Of a stretch of DNA of 64,000 nt, positions 58,938 to 64,000 are shown in pieces. Where the stretch lies: assembly GCA_043809315.1 (NCBI GenBank), contig JAZDDX010000016.1, positions 96,001 through 160,000 on the forward strand. Direction: 5' to 3'. The first letter of the stretch is position 1, and the number at the start of each line of letters is the position of its first letter. The position numbers and the translations under genes are program-made. Below the pieces are notes generated by a model that was not told the origin of the DNA, searched no databases, and saw only the letters and a program-made list of their open reading frames with translations. This DNA is from Pseudomonadota bacterium. Lineage in GTDB: Bacteria > Bdellovibrionota_G > JALEGL01 > DATDPG01.

Positions 58938-60967
58938 CGGCGCGAACCGTCCGATCCCTGTCGTTCCTCCTCCTTCCGGTGGTCCTATTCTTTCCGTATC
59001 TCACCGGGTCGAAACTCCTCGGGGGACCGGACTTCGAGCAGACCTATCTCCCCTGGCAACTGTTCCTGATCCGACAGCTCCGCGAGGGGAACTTCCCCGC
59101 CTGGAATCCGTTCGCGATGTTCGGTCTCCCGGTCTGGGGACAGGTCGAAAATTCCTTTCTCTATCCTCCGCGCTGGATCCTCTTCTTCTCCCCCGAACGG
59201 ACGATCGCCTGGTTCCTGCTGTTCCATTTCGTCGTGGCCCACTGGGGAAGTTTCCGCCTCGGGCGCAAACTCGGCCTCGGCTCTCTCCCCTCGTGGCTTC
59301 TCGGAGTCGTCTACACATGGAACGGATGGACTGCCTCGCATCTTCTGGCCAACCACTGCTTCATTCTCGCCACCGTCGCCTGGTTCCCGCACCTCCTGAC
59401 CGATCTGTTGTCGCTTCCGGAAAACCCCCGCTTCGGCCGTTCGCTCCTCCTCCTGTTCGGCGAGCTCTCTTTCTTGACCGGAGCTGGATCGCCGCAGATG
59501 GCGTACTACTCGCTTTTCGCGGTTTCGATCGCCGTCGCCTCGTTGCAGCCGACGTTGTTTATCAACCGTCGTTTTTGGATCGGTCTCGGGTTGGCGCTCG
59601 GGGGAGCCGCTTTCGTCGCCCTTCCTCATCTCTGGGCCACGCACGAACTTCACACACTTTCCCACCGTTCGGGGATCTGGCCGGTCGAGAAAGTCTCCTG
59701 GTTTGCCTTCAGCTTTCGTCGGATCGGCGAGATCTTCTTCGGCCCCCCTCCCGGGTGGCTCCAGAGAACGGAGGACAGCTCCCTTTATGAAACCGGTTCG
59801 TATGCGGGGGCCGCCGCGGTTCTATTCGCCGCGTGGGGCCTCGCACGTCGTTTCCGGAGATCGGGCCCTCTTCTGATCGCGTTCGTTCTCTTTGCGGCTC
59901 TCGCCTCCGCTCAGCCGCCGTTCCTTCTGGATTGGTTCCGGAACCTCCCCTCCGCCGCCCTCTTCCGGGCACCGGCACGATTCCTGGCGCCTGCGATGCT
60001 CTTTCTAGCGCTCTTAACTGCAATCGGGATCGATGACGTGAGAGGGTGGTTGCGAACGAAGCTGGGCGACCGCCCGGCCCGGATCGTCGACGGGGCGCTG
60101 TTCGTGGCGATCGTTCTTCCGCTCTTCCTCCATATGCGACTTTACGTTCCGCAAGCCACCGATCGATTCCGGGAGATCCGCGAACAGATCGCCTTGTTCG
60201 CACGAGTCGAGACGGGGGATCGATCCCCGCGCCTCCTCCTCGGAGACGGCCCGATCGTCCCGAACGCGTTCTGGGAGAACGAGGTCGAGATGACGTCGGG
60301 GCGGTCGAATCTTTTCCTCGGCCGGTACCTCGGGTACCTCACCCCCCGCCTCTCCGCAAACGTAGAGGATATCCTTTCCGTGGCGATCCGCCCGCCGGCG
60401 ACGCCCGCCGGTTTCATCGACGCGATGGCCGCTCCGTTCGAACTTTCAACGCACCTGCCGAAACCGGTCGCCGCGAATCGGATCGGTCCGTACTTTGTCG
60501 TTCGAAATCCGCGCGCCGTTCCGAAAGTCCGATGGTTCGCAACGGGTACCGCCGTCGTGGATGAGAGAGAGGCACGCGAAATGCTGGCAACCGGCCACAA
60601 TCCGGCCCGCGAACTTTGGTACGAAGGCCCGCCGTTCCCGGGAACGCGAACCGGTTCCGCGGGGCGCTGCGAATCCGAGCGTTTTTCGACCGATCGCTGG
60701 CGACTCCGCTGTTCTTCGTCCGGGCCTGGGTTCGTACAGATCGCACAATCGTATTATCCGGGTTGGCGTGCGCGCGTGAACGGCGTCGATGCTCCGATTC
60801 ACCCGGCCCAGCTTCTGTTTCAGACCGTTTCGATCCCGGCTGGGAAAAGTGAGATCGATCTCACGTTCGTGCCGACCGGGCTCCGTCCGCAACTCATCCT
60901 CGTCCTCGAAACCTGTTCCCTCTTCCTAACGCTGGCGCTCTTCTTGTTGCCTCGACGGAACGGGTGA
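58934..60967 (+). CDS. YfhO-like (GT-C) membrane glycosyltransferase
   Basis: PAWNPFAMFGLP, LYPP, FRAPARF, QSYYPGWRARVNG, IPAGKSEIDLTF. Confidence 0.8.
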   Translation: MTARTVRSLSFLLLPVVLFFPYLTGSKLLGGPDFEQTYLPWQLFLIRQLREGNFPAWNPFAMFGLPVWGQVENSFLYPPRWILFFSPERTIAWFLLFHFVVAHWGSFRLGRKLGLGSLPSWLLGVVYTWNGWTASHLLANHCFILATVAWFPHLLTDLLSLPENPRFGRSLLLLFGELSFLTGAGSPQMAYYSLFAVSIAVASLQPTLFINRRFWIGLGLALGGAAFVALPHLWATHELHTLSHRSGIWPVEKVSWFAFSFRRIGEIFFGPPPGWLQRTEDSSLYETGSYAGAAAVLFAAWGLARRFRRSGPLLIAFVLFAALASAQPPFLLDWFRNLPSAALFRAPARFLAPAMLFLALLTAIGIDDVRGWLRTKLGDRPARIVDGALFVAIVLPLFLHMRLYVPQATDRFREIREQIALFARVETGDRSPRLLLGDGPIVPNAFWENEVEMTSGRSNLFLGRYLGYLTPRLSANVEDILSVAIRPPATPAGFIDAMAAPFELSTHLPKPVAANRIGPYFVVRNPRAVPKVRWFATGTAVVDEREAREMLATGHNPARELWYEGPPFPGTRTGSAGRCESERFSTDRWRLRCSSSGPGFVQIAQSYYPGWRARVNGVDAPIHPAQLLFQTVSIPAGKSEIDLTFVPTGLRPQLILVLETCSLFLTLALFLLPRRNG

Positions 60968-61413
60968 GATCTAATCTCCGCGTGCCGCACGAGCCGTCGA
61001 CCTGGAAACCGACCGTTGCGATCTGGCTCTTCGCTTTTCTCCTCCTCCTCTTGACCAGCGGGCGGATGCCGATCTGGGGGGATGCCCAGCTGACTTCGTA
61101 TGCCGCACAAGGGTTGATCGCACACGGGACTCCGGACGTTCCCCCTCAAGCCCGAATCGACGTCCTTGCGGGAACGGATGGCCGGTTCTACACCAAATAC
61201 TCCTGGGTCCCGATCCTTCTGTCGGTCCCCCCCGCAGCCGTTCTTCCCTCCCTCGGCTCCGTCGAAACCCCGGCCTTGCGCCTTCTCTTCGTGAACTCCT
61301 GGATCGACGGATCGATCGAATCGGTCCTGGCGTCGTTTCTGTTGGCGGTAACCACGGTGTTGGCCGCAGGGTGGCTGATACGCATGATCCGACGGAGCCC
61401 GCACCGCTCATGA
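60964..61413 (+). CDS. Short membrane protein resembling the N-terminus of a GT-C enzyme (possibly truncated)
   Basis: TM-GD loop-DGRFYTKY-TM; coupled to both neighbours by 4-nt overlaps. Confidence 0.55.
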   Translation: MRSNLRVPHEPSTWKPTVAIWLFAFLLLLLTSGRMPIWGDAQLTSYAAQGLIAHGTPDVPPQARIDVLAGTDGRFYTKYSWVPILLSVPPAAVLPSLGSVETPALRLLFVNSWIDGSIESVLASFLLAVTTVLAAGWLIRMIRRSPHRS

Positions 61414-62126
61414 AGAGATCGATCGTCGTCATTCCGACCTACAACGAAGCAGAGAACATCCCGGTGCTCGTCACCACGATCTGTTCGCTCGGACCCGGAT
61501 ACGAGGTTCTGGTGGTCGACGATTCCTCCCCCGACGGGACCGCCGCTTGCGTGGAAAAACTCCGCCGCGACCGTCCGGAGCTGGCCTCGCGGATTTCGCT
61601 ACGGGTGCGACCGGGGAAAGGAGGGCTCGGGTCTGCCTATCGCGAAGGACTCACCGAAGCGTTGACCCGAAATCCCGACGCCGTCTTCCAGATGGACGCC
61701 GATTTTTCCCACGACCCGCAGGATCTTCCTCGCCTTCTCGAACGGCTCGAGGAGGCCGATCTCGTTCTCGGATCCCGCTACATACCGGGGGGAGGGACCG
61801 TTGGGTGGCCGTGGAAACGGGAACTCTTGAGCCGGGTCGCGAACCTGTACGCCAGATTCCTCCTTTGGGTGCCGGTGCACGATCTGACGGGGGGGTTCAA
61901 GTGTTTCCGGAAAGAGGCGCTTCGCGCCGCCGACCTCTCGCACCTCACGTCCGAGGGGTACACGTTCCAGATCGAAACGACCGCCCGCCTCCTGCGTAAA
62001 GGGTATCGCGTTGCCGAGGTCCCGATCCTCTTCCGCGAACGGACGCGGGGAAAAAGTAAGATTTCGTCGTGGAGGGTGATCCTCCAGACGGTCTGGCTCG
62101 TCCTACGGCTTCGTTTCAGCCAATAG
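61410..62126 (+). CDS. Polyprenol monophosphomannose synthase-like GT2
   Basis: VIPTYNEAENI, VVDDSSPDGT, QMDADFSHDP, GSRY, DLTGGFKCFR, GYTFQIE. Confidence 0.92.
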   Translation: MKRSIVVIPTYNEAENIPVLVTTICSLGPGYEVLVVDDSSPDGTAACVEKLRRDRPELASRISLRVRPGKGGLGSAYREGLTEALTRNPDAVFQMDADFSHDPQDLPRLLERLEEADLVLGSRYIPGGGTVGWPWKRELLSRVANLYARFLLWVPVHDLTGGFKCFRKEALRAADLSHLTSEGYTFQIETTARLLRKGYRVAEVPILFRERTRGKSKISSWRVILQTVWLVLRLRFSQ

Positions 62127-63503
62127 CGTTTCGTTCGCGGAGACCAGGTAAACATCCTCGATCTTTACGGCACGCGCTTGCGGCCATAGCCGGATCAAAG
62201 TCGAAGCATCCTCGGCATTCTTGACCACAAACATTTGCGGCACGGATCCCGCCGCCTCCACGTGGATCGACGTCCGGGAATGGTCGAAGCGGACATGGAC
62301 AAACCGATCCGGCCGGTCCGATGCCACTGCCAAATGCATGCCCCGGAGCGGATCGAGATCGACGCCGACGGGATTCTTCCGGATCATCCGATTCCAGGTC
62401 GGCGAGGAACGAAGCTTCGTACCGGCCCGCAACATCTCCTCATCAAGTTTCGAAGCGTGATTCGGGAGAAGCGCGACCTGATACCCGATCGAAACCGCTA
62501 AAAGCGCCCCGATCCAGCCGGAACCGACCCAACGACGTTCCCAGATCAAACCCAGGAACGATCCGGCGACACCGAGAAGAAAAAGACCCGATACCGAGAA
62601 AGAACGAAGAGGAAAGACGGTTGGGATCCGACCCCAGATGATCGCCGTCTCCAACGCCAGGGCACCCACCCCTGCGACCGCAAGCGCGTGAAGATTCCGC
62701 GGAAGCCGTCTCCACGTCGCCGCAAGCACCGCCAAACCAAGGAGGGGAATCGCGAAGACATGCAGAAATTCGATCGCAAGTTCGGCGAACGGTTGATTGG
62801 CCCCATAGAACGTCCGTGAATCGTCCGCCTGGAAGCGAATGGCAAAGAACGGATCCCCCCAGGTGAACATCATCAACGACATCCAAAGAATCGGGAACGC
62901 CCAGGACGCGACGACGGGAAAGAGCGACTCCAGCCTTCTCTCCCGTCCGATCACGTATAGGCCGAAACCTGCGGCGACCGGCCAGGCGAACCAGCGGTCC
63001 ATCGACATCAGGAGGAGAAGAAGGACCGACATCCAAAGCTGAATACGCGAAGAAGTGCGGATCCATGCGAGAAATGCCAGGACGAATGCCAAGACAAGAA
63101 CGTTGAAAAACGGCTCGCTCAGCATCGAGACCCCGAACCAGACGTAAAGAGGGGACGAGGCGATCAGCAACGCGGAACAGAGCGACGCACGCGGCGATCC
63201 GGTCATCGTTTCCGTGAGCCTCGCACCGAGAAAAACCGTCGCTCCCGCGCAAAGGGCGTTTAGGAGGTGGATCGCCACCAGTCCCTTTCCGGTCAGATAT
63301 CCGGGGAGGCCGAAGAGGATGCTGTGGAGAGGCAGCCAATAGATCACCTGGTACAGATTCGGCCGGTGCCACCAGGTCATGGCGAAAAAGGCGCGGCTGA
63401 TGCAGTCGGTGCAAACAGCCACGACTCCCAACTCATAGGCGGCAAATGAAGTCATCGCCGACAGAATCGCGACGACGATCGTCCAACGACGAAAACCGTT
63501 CAT
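62103..63503 (-). CDS. Multi-TM GT-C/PMT-like membrane protein
   Basis: D in the first loop (TDCISR), WLPLH, MLSEPFF, many TM segments. Confidence 0.68.
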   Translation of the reverse strand: MNGFRRWTIVVAILSAMTSFAAYELGVVAVCTDCISRAFFAMTWWHRPNLYQVIYWLPLHSILFGLPGYLTGKGLVAIHLLNALCAGATVFLGARLTETMTGSPRASLCSALLIASSPLYVWFGVSMLSEPFFNVLVLAFVLAFLAWIRTSSRIQLWMSVLLLLLMSMDRWFAWPVAAGFGLYVIGRERRLESLFPVVASWAFPILWMSLMMFTWGDPFFAIRFQADDSRTFYGANQPFAELAIEFLHVFAIPLLGLAVLAATWRRLPRNLHALAVAGVGALALETAIIWGRIPTVFPLRSFSVSGLFLLGVAGSFLGLIWERRWVGSGWIGALLAVSIGYQVALLPNHASKLDEEMLRAGTKLRSSPTWNRMIRKNPVGVDLDPLRGMHLAVASDRPDRFVHVRFDHSRTSIHVEAAGSVPQMFVVKNAEDASTLIRLWPQARAVKIEDVYLVSANETLLAETKP

Positions 63504-64000
63504 AGCCGGGGATTCTTCATCCCGGACGGGGACGGAGTCGGGCTACCTGTTGCAGCTTCCGTCGGAGAAGGCGTCGGGGTCGCGGCCTGGATCGCCGCCA
63601 GACGGTCCCCGACCGCGGTCATGATCTTCGGAAGGAACTTTTTCGCCCCCCAGGCGACGAGCCATCGGGGAAGACCCATCCCGATATCGACCGTGACCCG
63701 CATCCGGATCGCGCTCTTCTCCTCCTCCGCCACGACTTCGAGGGTCCCGACGTTCTTCTTGATGTTCCCGTCGAGCATCTCCCAGGAGACGCGATGGGCG
63801 TCGACGTCCCGCGTGAGCGACAGGATGTTCCAGATGTTCGGGAGAGGCCACGGGATGTTGAGAAGGATATAGACCCGCTCCTTTTGATCCGAGGTCCCCA
63901 GCGACTCGCTCGCAAGCACCCGGGGAACGAACTTCGGATAGTCCGAAATCGCGTTGATCAGCCGCCAGGTATTCTCGACGTCGGCCGGAAAGTGCGCCTC
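63500..64000 (-). CDS. SRPBCC/START-fold protein (5' end outside the window)
   Basis: FPADVENTWRLINAISDYPKFVPRV, PWPL, WEMLDGNIKKNVG, LPRWLV. Confidence 0.75.
   Translation of the reverse strand, partial: EAHFPADVENTWRLINAISDYPKFVPRVLASESLGTSDQKERVYILLNIPWPLPNIWNILSLTRDVDAHRVSWEMLDGNIKKNVGTLEVVAEEEKSAIRMRVTVDIGMGLPRWLVAWGAKKFLPKIMTAVGDRLAAIQAATPTPSPTEAATGSPTPSPSGMKNPRL

Overview
High-GC bacterial chromosomal segment. Gene order and gene families suggest a deltaproteobacterial-type lineage (Myxococcota/Bdellovibrionota-like); this is inference only. The housekeeping backbone runs: metK (partial), a ptsI-ptsH-EIIA-rapZ-hprK-ptsN-hpf-rpoN cluster, hpnH, pyrG, rplM-rpsI, hutUI, ispH, reverse-transsulfuration CBS/CGL, xseB-ispA-tlyA, ftsEX-envC-ctpA, tolQRAB, ppx, nadE-nadK-recO-mazG, amidase-rph-rdgB, tRNA-Pro, and a GT-C/polyprenol-phosphate glycosylation cluster. 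Four things stand out. (1) A signalling module HU / FHA-FHA-sigma54 activator / HU / lipoprotein / Ser-Thr kinase, in which the kinase carries a degenerate RelE toxin-fold C-terminal domain and appears to start at ATA. (2) A tandem pair of exported Hint (intein-like) proteins, one catalytically intact and one with its catalytic residues replaced, sharing a duplicated promoter-like sequence. (3) A candidate ~165-nt three-stem-loop sRNA with a sigma54 promoter, IHF-like site and enhancer-like repeats. (4) Several more -24/-12 promoters, ahead of rpoN itself and of orphan lipoproteins and small proteins, including a 54-aa ORF missing from the ORF track. Also present: a His-less PTS EIIA, a tRNA-Leu 3' fragment between direct repeats, and a poly-G frameshift in ispA. 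No CRISPR array, rRNA, integrase or transposase was seen. All calls come from reading motifs by eye; no database searches were run.
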